The position numbers and the translations under genes are program-made. The notes under the pieces are model-generated. The model had not been told where the DNA came from, searched no databases, and saw nothing but the letters and a program-made list of their open reading frames with translations. Of a stretch of 63,544 bases of DNA, positions 52,990 to 63,544 are shown piece by piece. Origin of the DNA: Octopus bimaculoides (lineage: Eukaryota); NCBI RefSeq assembly GCF_001194135.2, contig NC_068983.1:153547319-153610862 (forward strand), read 5' to 3'. The stretch's first letter is position 1, and every line of letters starts with the position of its first letter.

Positions 52990-53313
52990 CCAAGTGGTGC
53001 ACACTCGAATCCAAATCGTGAGTTAGATATCCGGACCGGGCGGTTTGTTGTATTTTTGTGCAAAACACTTCATTTCACGTTGCCCTGGTCCTGTGTGGGA
53101 ATCGGCATGCGGATCACAAACCGTACTAAAAGAGGTTGAGACAGAATTTGCACTCCGACCTCGTAAAAGCCTTGTCAGCGACCACTGCCCAGAACAAACT
53201 CATGAGTTGGAGGGCTGTGGCCTGATTGGCACAAGGGTGTCATTCGTCAGGTGCAGGGTGCCAACAAAACAAATGCTGGATGAATCGACGGGCTGTTACA
53301 GCTCATGTACCCA

Positions 53314-53375
<62 letters not shown>
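52990..53375 (+). mobile_element. Degenerate CORE-like SINE or composite ending in (ACT)n
   Basis: GACCGGGCGG..TTGTGCAAAACACTTCATTTCACGTTGCCCTGGTC; (ACT)n at 53313-53375. Confidence 0.4.
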
Positions 53376-54097
53376 TCATGATCGTTAAGTCGAAATATAT
53401 ATCAAGCTAAAACTTACCTTGTTATTTCAGCCTGGTTGAGAATCTCCCACCTTCTGACATAAGTGTCTGTATAGCGCAGCCATTGTAACGAAACAGTCAT
53501 CAGTCGAGTTATTAGTGATCTTCTTGTATTGTATTCTTACCCCTAATTTTTCGATAGCTAGGCTATCTGCATTACATATGCATGCCACATGCGTACAATA
53601 GTGTTAAATGAGTATAAGTAAATAAATTGGTAAATTGTTAAGATGATATCTCAAAATACTTTTAATTGTAACGATAACTATGAATTTGCGCTCTGATATC
53701 AGTTGGACATATAACCCGTGCAAATTACATTAATTTGATCTCGTTAGTGTGCAGATGATTTAACATAAAACGGAGAAGAAAAGACAATGCGACTTTCCGG
53801 AGTCTCGATCACTTCAACCTTCAATTTAGGTGGAAATGTATATGACTGTGTAAAACAAAGATAAAGAAAAACAATGTAACTGTGCAAGAAATTACAATCC
53901 ACGAAGATATGGCGAAGGATAACAAAAGGAAAATTAGAATATTTCTGGAAAACAAACTGTACGTATTTCCTACATGATAAGTAGGGAAAGAGATTATTAG
54001 ATTCATTGATAAAGCAGTCAAATTGACGCCTCGATATAACTCATGCAATTTCGGATAAAATTATCATGCATGTAGATTTTAAGAAATGTTTCATTTA

Positions 54098-54125
54098 GAT
54101 AATAATAATAATAATGATAATCATG

Positions 54126-54214
<89 letters not shown>

Positions 54215-54242
54215 AATATTAATAATAATAATAATAATAATG

Positions 54243-54312
<70 letters not shown>
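54098..54312. repeat. Long (AAT)n tract running into a 995-N gap
   Basis: Direct inspection. Confidence 0.97.
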
Positions 54313-55307
54313 NNNNNNNNNNNNNNNNNNNNNNNNNNNNNNNNNNNNNNNNNNNNNNNNNNNNNNNNNNNNNNNNNNNNNNNNNNNNNNNNNNNNNNNN
54401 NNNNNNNNNNNNNNNNNNNNNNNNNNNNNNNNNNNNNNNNNNNNNNNNNNNNNNNNNNNNNNNNNNNNNNNNNNNNNNNNNNNNNNNNNNNNNNNNNNNN
54501 NNNNNNNNNNNNNNNNNNNNNNNNNNNNNNNNNNNNNNNNNNNNNNNNNNNNNNNNNNNNNNNNNNNNNNNNNNNNNNNNNNNNNNNNNNNNNNNNNNNN
54601 NNNNNNNNNNNNNNNNNNNNNNNNNNNNNNNNNNNNNNNNNNNNNNNNNNNNNNNNNNNNNNNNNNNNNNNNNNNNNNNNNNNNNNNNNNNNNNNNNNNN
54701 NNNNNNNNNNNNNNNNNNNNNNNNNNNNNNNNNNNNNNNNNNNNNNNNNNNNNNNNNNNNNNNNNNNNNNNNNNNNNNNNNNNNNNNNNNNNNNNNNNNN
54801 NNNNNNNNNNNNNNNNNNNNNNNNNNNNNNNNNNNNNNNNNNNNNNNNNNNNNNNNNNNNNNNNNNNNNNNNNNNNNNNNNNNNNNNNNNNNNNNNNNNN
54901 NNNNNNNNNNNNNNNNNNNNNNNNNNNNNNNNNNNNNNNNNNNNNNNNNNNNNNNNNNNNNNNNNNNNNNNNNNNNNNNNNNNNNNNNNNNNNNNNNNNN
55001 NNNNNNNNNNNNNNNNNNNNNNNNNNNNNNNNNNNNNNNNNNNNNNNNNNNNNNNNNNNNNNNNNNNNNNNNNNNNNNNNNNNNNNNNNNNNNNNNNNNN
55101 NNNNNNNNNNNNNNNNNNNNNNNNNNNNNNNNNNNNNNNNNNNNNNNNNNNNNNNNNNNNNNNNNNNNNNNNNNNNNNNNNNNNNNNNNNNNNNNNNNNN
55201 NNNNNNNNNNNNNNNNNNNNNNNNNNNNNNNNNNNNNNNNNNNNNNNNNNNNNNNNNNNNNNNNNNNNNNNNNNNNNNNNNNNNNNNNNNNNNNNNNNNN
55301 NNNNNNA

Positions 55308-55590
55308 ACTTGAATGTGGAATCTAAAAACAGAAATAATTCCTATCATAGTAGGTGCCTTAGGTGTAATAAAAAATATTCAGACAAATACATAACAAAAA
55401 CACCGGGACTTACAAATATATATAACATACAGAAAATTGCACTACTGGGCACTGCACACATCCTACGCAAAAAATGTCAATACAGTAACCATAAGAGCAT
55501 CACAGTAAACCACAGCACATACCCAAGGCACACAGAGCTGCGCTCGGTAGTGAAGTGAAAACTCGTTGTAAAAATAAAACTACTAAACAA
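55308..55590 (+). mobile_element. Dong/R4 3' end
   Basis: MWNLKTEIIPIIVGALG, YITKTPGLTNIYNIQKIALLGTAHILRK, the conserved 3' UTR, then (AAT)n. Confidence 0.85.
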
Positions 55591-55611
55591 TAATAATAAT
55601 AATAATAATAC

Positions 55612-56090
55612 GAAAATTGTCGGCAATACATAGAATGCACCTCCCTAGGGCAGATATAGAACGATTTTACCTGCCAAGAAAAGACGGTGGCTGTGGACTT
55701 TTACAACTGGAATTAACAATAAAGATTGTCATAATTGGCCTAAACACCTACCCGAAAAACTCTAATGAGTGGATGTTAAAACTTGTCTTAAAGCATGCAA
55801 ATAAGAAATAATCATACTCAATAACAAAGAAGGCAAAGAAGAAATATCTAAGTGAATTTCAAATACAACAAATCCCAGAATTAGACGTACTACAAACAAG
55901 CATGGAAAAAGCGAAGCATATGTAAACCCGTGCTAAAACTGCTGCCTGGGATATTCTTACTGATTAATGGCAAGAAAAGCCCCTCAATGGCAAACGCCCA
56001 AAGTGAGCTAATAATGCCGATGTTGACAAAACTCTTAGTCTCTTCTGGCTTAAAATCAGAGAAAGAAGGGTTTATCATAGCAGCCCAAGA
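55612..56090 (+). mobile_element. Dong/R4 internal fragment
   Basis: HRMHLPRADIERFYLPRKDGGCGLLQLE and WQEKPLNGK..SSGLKSEKEGFIIAAQ. Confidence 0.8.
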
Positions 56091-56259
56091 GGATCCTTCT
56101 GATTTGGCGGGCGCCCTTTCTTTATTCATATTTTATTCACTGTGTTTTCTATCGAAATACTTTAAAACTTCGTATACTTGTATATTTTGTCTTATAGAAC
56201 AGAGAAAAAAAAATTATATTCGAAGTTATTTCTTGTAAAGATTTGTCGTATTTCGGTAA

Positions 56260-58002
56260 TTTGAGCCACTCACTGACGTCTATTGAGGTGAAAACAATTA
56301 CTGCTGTGTAAACAACACGTTCTAGTGATAATGAAACTAAAGCCCTTGATGGTGACAGGGTTACACCTGGTAGACTCGAAGATACTGGTCCTACTCCAGC
56401 CTGTTATCGAACAGGGGACCAGCACACATGGCGTAAACGGAAGGATCAAGTCAATGCTGTGGTCATGGAGTGTTACCACCTGAGCCACGCCGTAGACGGA
56501 AATAGTGTTCATCTTAGGGGATACCGACAATTTATGTATGATGAATGGAAAAAAGAGGAACGTTTCAACTCATGGAATAGAAATTATGTAATCAAGTTAG
56601 AGCAATAAGAAAACAGTGTTGGTTCTCAGAAGTAGAGCTCAAAACTATCAAAAGACAAGTATTGGAAAACAGCAGCAGAGGAAACGATGAAAATAGAGTT
56701 CCTAGTGATAAAAGTAATCTCATAGCAGAAAACAGATATGAAATCTCAAATAAGCCACAGGAAAGGAACAGTGATAACTTGCTCGATGAGAGACATAAAG
56801 ATTGTTTGGAAGAAGACAATAAAATGAATGGTGACATGACAGATGGGCAAAAGACGATCTAAAACAGGATAAAGGCAAGGCTACAGGAGAACGATAGCGA
56901 CATTATTTGCAACCTTAAAAGTTTGAACGTTGGAAATTGACCCAAGAAACAAAAAAATGTGAATGAAATTCTGAAATGCATCAGAACACAAAACATCACA
57001 GAAACAAATAGATTGATCAAGGCAGCAAGTATTGCTGTAGCAGAAAATGTGGGTGCTGGTGTCAAGAAAATGTTATATGATAGGAGTGACATAAGAAAAC
57101 TTTCACGGTGGAAAGAAGAATATATATGCGGGGTTTAATATGCTCTCGAAGGACATTTCTGTGTTAGACCGCAAATAAAAGGGCGAGCTTCAAAGCGAAC
57201 AAAAATACAAGGCATTGAACAAGAAGTATAATATTGAAAGAAAGGGCCTGAAATCGATAATGGAGGAACTGAAACAACGCCTCGTTGCAAAGTAATCAAA
57301 GAGGGTAAAATACGACCAAAGAATGTAGGGTTACAACCAGAATAGGTTATTCAAAGTAGATCAGAAGAGAGGAAAAGTTGATACCAGATACCATTGACAG
57401 AACTAGTAATTTCAGATAGGGAAGTGAAGGAAATCAGCAAAACGAAAATGGGCAACTGGTAGGCCCTGGAACCAGATGGATTTCAAGTCTACTAGATTAA
57501 AAGATTTGGTGAAGGTCATCGAAAAATGCAATGCGATAACATTGAATGCCGACTAAGTAACACCAGAGAGGTTGACAGCGGGAAGGACAGTGCCAAACAT
57601 AGTGTTAATTGAGAAAGAAAGCAAACGATGCTCGATCATAGATATGGCATGCCCAGCTGACATCACAGTATGCGAAAAGGAAGAAAGAAAAGTCGATAGA
57701 TATGACAGGTTAGCTTGGGAGGTCATGCAGTTGTGGTTGATCAAAACGGTGGTAGTAGTACCAATATTTGTCGGAGCCCTCGGAACAGTGAGTAAAACTC
57801 TTGTATAGTACATGGAACAAATAGGAGCTACAATAAGGGTGGTGCACTTGCAGAAAACAACACTGCTTGGAACCGCTCGAATACTCCGGATGGTGGTCGA
57901 AATATACGGGGTGTTACCTTAGTTCACTGGTAGTGAACAGCTGGCACCGTAGTATATCTCCAGCGTTAGAAGCTGTGCAAAGACAATAAAATAATAATAA
58001 TG
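56260..58002 (+). mobile_element. Dong/R4 subfamily 2, both ends present, RT excised
   Basis: N-terminal VNAVVMECY..GYRQFM, ELKQRLVAK, ISDREV..NW*ALEPDG, LTAGRTV|PNIVLIEKESKRCSIIDMACPAD..KVDRYDRLAWEV..GALG..LGTARILR, 3' UTR and AAT tail. Confidence 0.85.
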
Positions 58003-58209
58003 CTTTATGCTATAAGCACAAGGCTTGGAATTTTGTGGGAGGGTGATAGTCGATTACAATGACCCCAGTGTTTCACTGGTACTTGATTTATCGACGCGGA
58101 ACAGATGAAAACCACAGTCGACCTCGGCGGAATTTGAACTCGGAATGTAGCGTCAGGTGATATACCACTAATCATTCCATCTGGTCCCCTAACGAATCTG
58201 CCACCTTAC
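58003..58209 (-). mobile_element. SINE family A
   Basis: GCACAAGGCTTGGAATTTT..GTCGACCTCGGCGGAATTTGAACTC..TCTGCCACCTT. Confidence 0.7.
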
Positions 58210-59881
58210 ATTATTTGCAATGATAATAATTATGCTATGTTAGCAGAGGTATTCTTAATCTTCAAGTAATTTACTCTGCAAAATATACAAAGCAGTACCA
58301 CAACATTGATGCGAAATATTAAGTGGGCAGCATTAATATAACTGCGAACGTTTAATATTTCTCCACCTCGTAAGCATGACTTCTGATCGATAGTATAATA
58401 TTTTCCCCTTTCTATAATTACTGCTGTGCTATATGAAGCTTTTATAAGCTATGAAGCTTTTATAAGCTATGAATTTCTAATCTGCTACTAATGTCTGTAC
58501 TAAGAAAAATGCTGAAAATTTTGGCAACCTGAAATATTGTATAAAATTGTTTCTCTGCGGTGCAGTAGCGTGTTCCGAAAAAAAGGAAACTGACAAAAAA
58601 GAGGGACTAGGTTTACAGGTTTGAGAGATATTTTGTTGCACGCACCTGAGCAATCCGTTCCTAAGGCAAATGATATCTTTTAGAATACTTTATCTTTCTT
58701 AAAGAAAGAGGAAAATTAGTTATTAAAGTTAATGAAACAATATAATGTAGGAATTTTATGAAGACTGGAGGAACAAACGATTAACATTTTGGAAAGAATC
58801 TTTACTGAACGCAGATGAAATTCAAGGTCTGTTATTGATGCTGAATACTCATTGAAAATGCTACACCACGCTTCCAAGGAATAATATGAATCCCTTTATC
58901 AATTCAAGATATGGTAGCAGTAATTTTAATTATGTCTTTCAAACATATTAATAATCAGTATTTCATAAACAGAGATATTCCACCTTAACAAGAAACATGT
59001 ATTCCAAAGTTCATAGACTAGTATCTCTTACAACTAGAGAAAACATATTTAAGTCGTGAAAGATAAGCATAAGACATAAATAAAGAAAATAAAAAAATTA
59101 TACTCTGTGACCTTTTAAGGGAAACGGAAATATCGGATGCAGAATTGAGTATCGATTTTAAATGGAGTCCATTCATCTATTCATTTTTTCCAAGTAGCCA
59201 GAAGGAGCATATTTAAGGGAAACTTTTAAGTGTATTAATGGAAATTAGCAACATAGTAGAGACTTGAGACAAAGAAACGCATACGTGCGCACACATATAG
59301 ACACACACATACACACATTCACGCAGACACACAAACAGACACTCACACCCACATTCACGCATGAACTGACACACACACACACATTCATAAAGCGAATAAA
59401 ATATGTAGATGCTGCGTGTTTTCCTTCATGAGCAGATGTTAAACATCTTCAGTAATTTCACAATTTCCGTTTTCTGTTTAACTAAATTAACGAGCCAATT
59501 AGTAGAAGAAGACATTCAGCTAAGTTGAAATTATGTTGAGGAAGTATATAGCGTTTAATTAATATCGCTTTCGTGTAGACTAAAGGCTAATTATCAATGC
59601 ACATTAAGAATCGATCACCGCCTCCGCGTATAATTCCCACAGCAATTAATTTGTTGTCTTAGATATACTAAGAACAAAAACACAATGCTGGATATTACGC
59701 CGAGATAGAACATTCACATCTATATATATTTAGAATTATATATGCGTGTGTACAAGTGCATATGTGCGAGTGTGTGTGTATGTGTGTATGTGTGCATATA
59801 TGTATATGTATGTATACCTTCATAAATGCATACACCAACACGTGTATATGTACGCATACATACACACAGACACGCACACAT

Positions 59882-60070
59882 ATTCTTTTATTCTTTAATT
59901 TGCTTTAGTCATTTGACTGAAGCCATCTCGGAGCACAGCCATAATGAAGTTTAGTCGGAAAAATGAACCTCAGGACTAATACTTTTCCAAACTTAGTACT
60001 TATTTTATTGTTCCCTTTTGCCGAACCGCTAAGGTACGAGGACGTAAACACAGCAACACCAAATGCAGAC
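59882..60070 (-). mobile_element. CORE-SINE family B 3' fragment
   Basis: AGTCATTTGACTG..TTTTGCCGAACCGCTAAG..ACGTAAACAC matches 23285-23425. Confidence 0.6.
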
Positions 60071-60085
60071 ACACACACACACAAA

Positions 60086-60123
<38 letters not shown>

Positions 60124-60532
60124 AACACATACAAACACATACACACATACACACACATACACACAAACACAATTACACGCGCGCACACACACATGCAAAC
60201 ATATATAATAAAATAATAAAAAGAAGGTCTTGGTACAGTATTATTTGAAAAAAACTAGTAGAGATGACTTTTTGTGGGGGGATTTTTTGTTGTATCTGTA
60301 CAAAACAAAAAAAAAACCTTATGCTATTTAAGCAACCAATAGAACATACATTTTTCAGTTTGAAAATGGTTACTTGAAGCATAGAGTAACTCGCTGTAAA
60401 CAATATTTGTAAGAGTACAATAAAAATTATCCCACACAAAAAGCTATCTGCACTCATTTTCTCAAATATATATGTGTGTGTCTGTGTGTGTGTCAGTTTG
60501 TGTGTGCATGTGTGTGTATGTGTGTGTATACA

Positions 60533-61725
60533 CGGTACGAAGGATAGATTCTCACAATTTTATATTTTTAATCTCGCGCATGTACATTGTTTGTTTTTAA
60601 TTATGCTGACTACACAACATACGGGAAAAACAGCACGATGACGCAATTCACTCTGCCAGAAATTTGGAAACGACATATAATGCTTGGTATTCGCGCCAGA
60701 TGCTCCAATACGAACATTTCAAAGTGTCTGGGTGCCAATATGAGGACAGTGCAGAGGATTCTGACCAAGTTGGATGAGTCAAATGGTGATTACAAAGGTA
60801 CGGCAGCTCAGAAATTCACTCAGATCGTTGCTGGTGAGTTGCAGGCCATGACTGACAATGACCTCTCTAAGTCAATCAGGTCCGTCGCCAGGAATATACA
60901 TGTGCCTGACTTTCTTATCTGACAGGTAGTGTATGAAAACTTCGGTATTCCTCATACAAGATGAGAAAAGAGCAATTTTTATCCCAAGCCATCAAAGACA
61001 AGAGCGAAGACCGTTCTACAAAGCTTTTCATCAAACTCAAGCATCCGGTCCAACCGAACATACTTTGGTCTTTCTCAGACGAGAAAAATGTCTGCCAAGA
61101 TCAGATGGTGAACACACTGAACAACCGTTGGCTTGCCGTGTTCCCAAAACATGTACGGAGAGTGTAAAAAATCAAACATTCTTTCAACATCATGGTGTTT
61201 AGAATGATCCCTACTGATAGCGACATCTTCCTGCAGGGGTTTCAGACTCAACACGGAGGCCTACATCAAGTGCCTGGAAGAGGTAGTGCTGACTTGGGTC
61301 AAAGGAGTGGCTGCTGGAAGACCTTATGCCTGGCAACAGTACGCTGCATCATGCCCAAGAGGCAGCAGAACCCAGTCATGACTGTCAGAAAATTTCTGCG
61401 GCCACATCACTCCTAACATCTGGCCACCTAACTCCCCAGATGGCGACCCTCTTGATTATTATGCGTGCGGCGCAGTTGGGCGAGAGACCAACATGGTTCT
61501 TTGTAGCACCAAAGGTGAACTGGAGGCAAGTATTTTTTAAGCATTCGTGTACTTAAACAAGGACACAATCCAGCAGGGTTACAGGAGATGCTGAGGTCGT
61601 CTGGAGGCCGTGGTCGAAGCCAATGGCGATTTTATTGAAAAAAAACTAGTATTTAATAGTTCAAGATATTTTTATGTAATTTTGTTTAATATATCCGTTA
61701 AAATGAAATGTCAACGTTATTTTCA
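60533..61725 (+). mobile_element. maT-family (DD37D) Tc1/mariner transposon, decayed
   Basis: WSFSDEKN, NTLNNRWLA, RLNTEAYIKCLEEVV, WQQ(Y)AAS and WPPNSPDGDPLDY; 37 residues lie between the second catalytic position (61340, D>Y) and the third D (61454). Confidence 0.85.
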
Positions 61726-62359
61726 CTTTAGTGTAACATAAAGGACAGTTTANNNNNNNNNNNNNNNNNNNNNNNNNNNNNNNNNNNNNNNNNNNNNNNN
61801 NNNNNNNNNNNNNNNNNNNNNNNNNNNNNNNNNNNNNNNNNNNNNNNNNNNNNNNNNNNNNNNNNNNNNNNNNNNNNNNNNNNNNNNNNNNNNNNNNNNN
61901 NNNNNNNNNNNNNNNNNNNNNNNNNNNNNNNNNNNNNNNNNNNNNNNNNNNNNNNNNNNNNNNNNNNNNNNNNNNNNNNNNNNNNNNNNNNNNNNNNNNN
62001 NNNNNNNNNNNNNNNNNNNNNNNNNNNNNNNNNNNNNNNNNNNNNNNNNNNNNNNNNNNNNNNNNNNNNNNNNNNNNNNNNNNNNNNNNNNNNNNNNNNN
62101 NNNNNNNNNNNNNNNNNNNNNNNNNNNNNNNNNNNNNNNNNNNNNNNNNNNNNNNNNNNNNNNNNNNNNNNNNNNNNNNNNNNNNNNNNNNNNNNNNNNN
62201 NNNNNNNNNNNNNNNNNNNNNNNNNNNNNNNNNNNNNNNNNNNNNNNNNNNNNNNNNNNNNNNNNNNNNNNNNNNNNNNNNNNNNNNNNNNNNNNNNNNN
62301 NNNNNNNNNNNNNNNNNNNNNNNNNNNNNNNNNNNNNNNNNNNNNNNNNNNNNNNNNNN

Positions 62360-62716
62360 AGCGTCAAGTTTTGTCTTGAAGACCTCCGCATCCATGTCTT
62401 GCATGTCTCTCAAATGTTTTGGCAGGGCATTGAAGAGCTGAGGTCCTCTGAAACCGAGGCTGCTGCAGTATCTCGTTCTTATGTGAGATGCAGTGGACGG
62501 TACCTTTGGCACCATGCAGTGGCGACCCGTGCGGGCATTCCTGTAGTACTTGATACCAAAGTTTGGCACCAGTCCTTCCAGTATTTTCCATATGTATATT
62601 ATTACATATCTCTCCCGCCTGCGCTCCAGGGAGTAGAGACCTAGTGCCTTCAGTCGCTCCCTGTAGTTCATCTGTTGGACTGTGGCGATCTTTTTTGTAT
62701 AGTGCCGCTGAATTGC
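62360..62716 (-). mobile_element. CR1-group LINE, 5'-truncated 3' part of ORF2
   Basis: AIQRHYTKKIATVQQMNYRERLKALGLYSLERRRERYVIIYIWKILEGLVPN..LGFRGPQLFNALPKHLRD..FKTKLD. Confidence 0.8.
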
Positions 62717-62809
62717 CTAATACAGACTAATAAAGACTAATAAAGACTAATAAAGTACAAGCCTTTAAAATATAAGGACCAGCATCTATTTCTTCAGCTA
62801 AACCCTTCA

Positions 62810-62840
<31 letters not shown>

Positions 62841-63261
62841 CATCGCACGTCTTCAGCTGTCGTAAGCACAGTGCTCTTAACACTATCCATTCTGAGCCCG
62901 AATGAAAACTGCACGTATGTGTACGTATGTATTTGTATATATATGAATAAATTAATGCTCGACATTATACTAACTGGTTGGTTACAGTTTTCGAAAAGGC
63001 GCAGACGCCGGCTGCGACTGGCACATTTAAAACGCATGTTTTCATAGGAACGAAGACGGCAAAGATGTGTTATTACTATTCGAGTAAAGCAAAGCCTAAC
63101 TCGATAACCAAGCTGCACTCAAACAAAGGCCAATTGTCTCTGATATCGTATGGCATAGGCTATTTTGAGGTTTTTCAAATTGACTTATTGGCGGCGGGAT
63201 TTTCTACATTTTACTCTATTCTTCCCGCCCGAAACGTTATACACAACAATGATATTGAGCT

Positions 63262-63430
63262 AAAATTTTGGCACAAGGCCAGCAATTTTCGGTGAGGGGT
63301 TAACTCAAATACGAAAGCCCCAGACCTCCAATGCTACATATTTTATGGATCCTGACTGCATGAAAGGCAAAGTCGACCTGAGCAGATTTGAGGACAAGCG
63401 AAATACCGCGAAGTATTCTGCCCCGCGTAC
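63262..63430 (-). mobile_element. Degenerate SINE family A
   Basis: TTTGGCACAAGGCCAGCAATTTT..GAAAGGCAAAGTCGACC..CGAAATACCGC. Confidence 0.55.
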
Positions 63431-63544
63431 TATCGATATTTCTACCTCGACACCTAACAAATAATATTGATATTGGTGTTAAAAACTCCAACTGGAAAAC
63501 AACCTCAATATAATATAATATAATATAATATTATATATATATAT

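Noticed and set aside
58432-58473. 18-bp tandem duplication (also a 10-bp x3 repeat at 62724-62753)
   Set aside because: Ordinary local slippage with no wider structure.
58751-58826. Exon-like EFYEDWRNKRLTFWKESLLNADEIQ
   Set aside because: The acceptor lacks a pyrimidine tract and the donor GTCTGT is weak; no homology recognised.

Overview
AT-rich animal genomic DNA, not prokaryotic. It is most likely a cephalopod (Octopus-like) short-read scaffold; this is an inference from the SINE, Penelope and Dong repeat content and the very high microsatellite density. There are 15 N-gaps totalling about 6.3 kb, most abutting microsatellites. No host protein-coding gene can be identified with confidence, only weak candidate exons and promoter-like patches. 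The window is a transposon graveyard: four mariner DD34D-type remnants, one Tc1, one maT (DD37D), a Chapaev3/CMC-like transposase remnant, at least seven Dong/R4-clade non-LTR fragments tied to (AAT)n tracts, CR1-group and RTE-like scraps, and several tRNA-derived or CORE SINEs. The most interesting signal is a set of short non-coding Penelope-like (PLE) terminal units carrying minimal hammerhead-ribozyme folds. There are six recognisable motifs, four from one family and one each from two related families. Two insertions show the same inverted-arm architecture with 12-13 bp target-site duplications. These units start with an (AAT)n tract, the same tract that follows a lone tRNA-like head and that Dong elements occupy.
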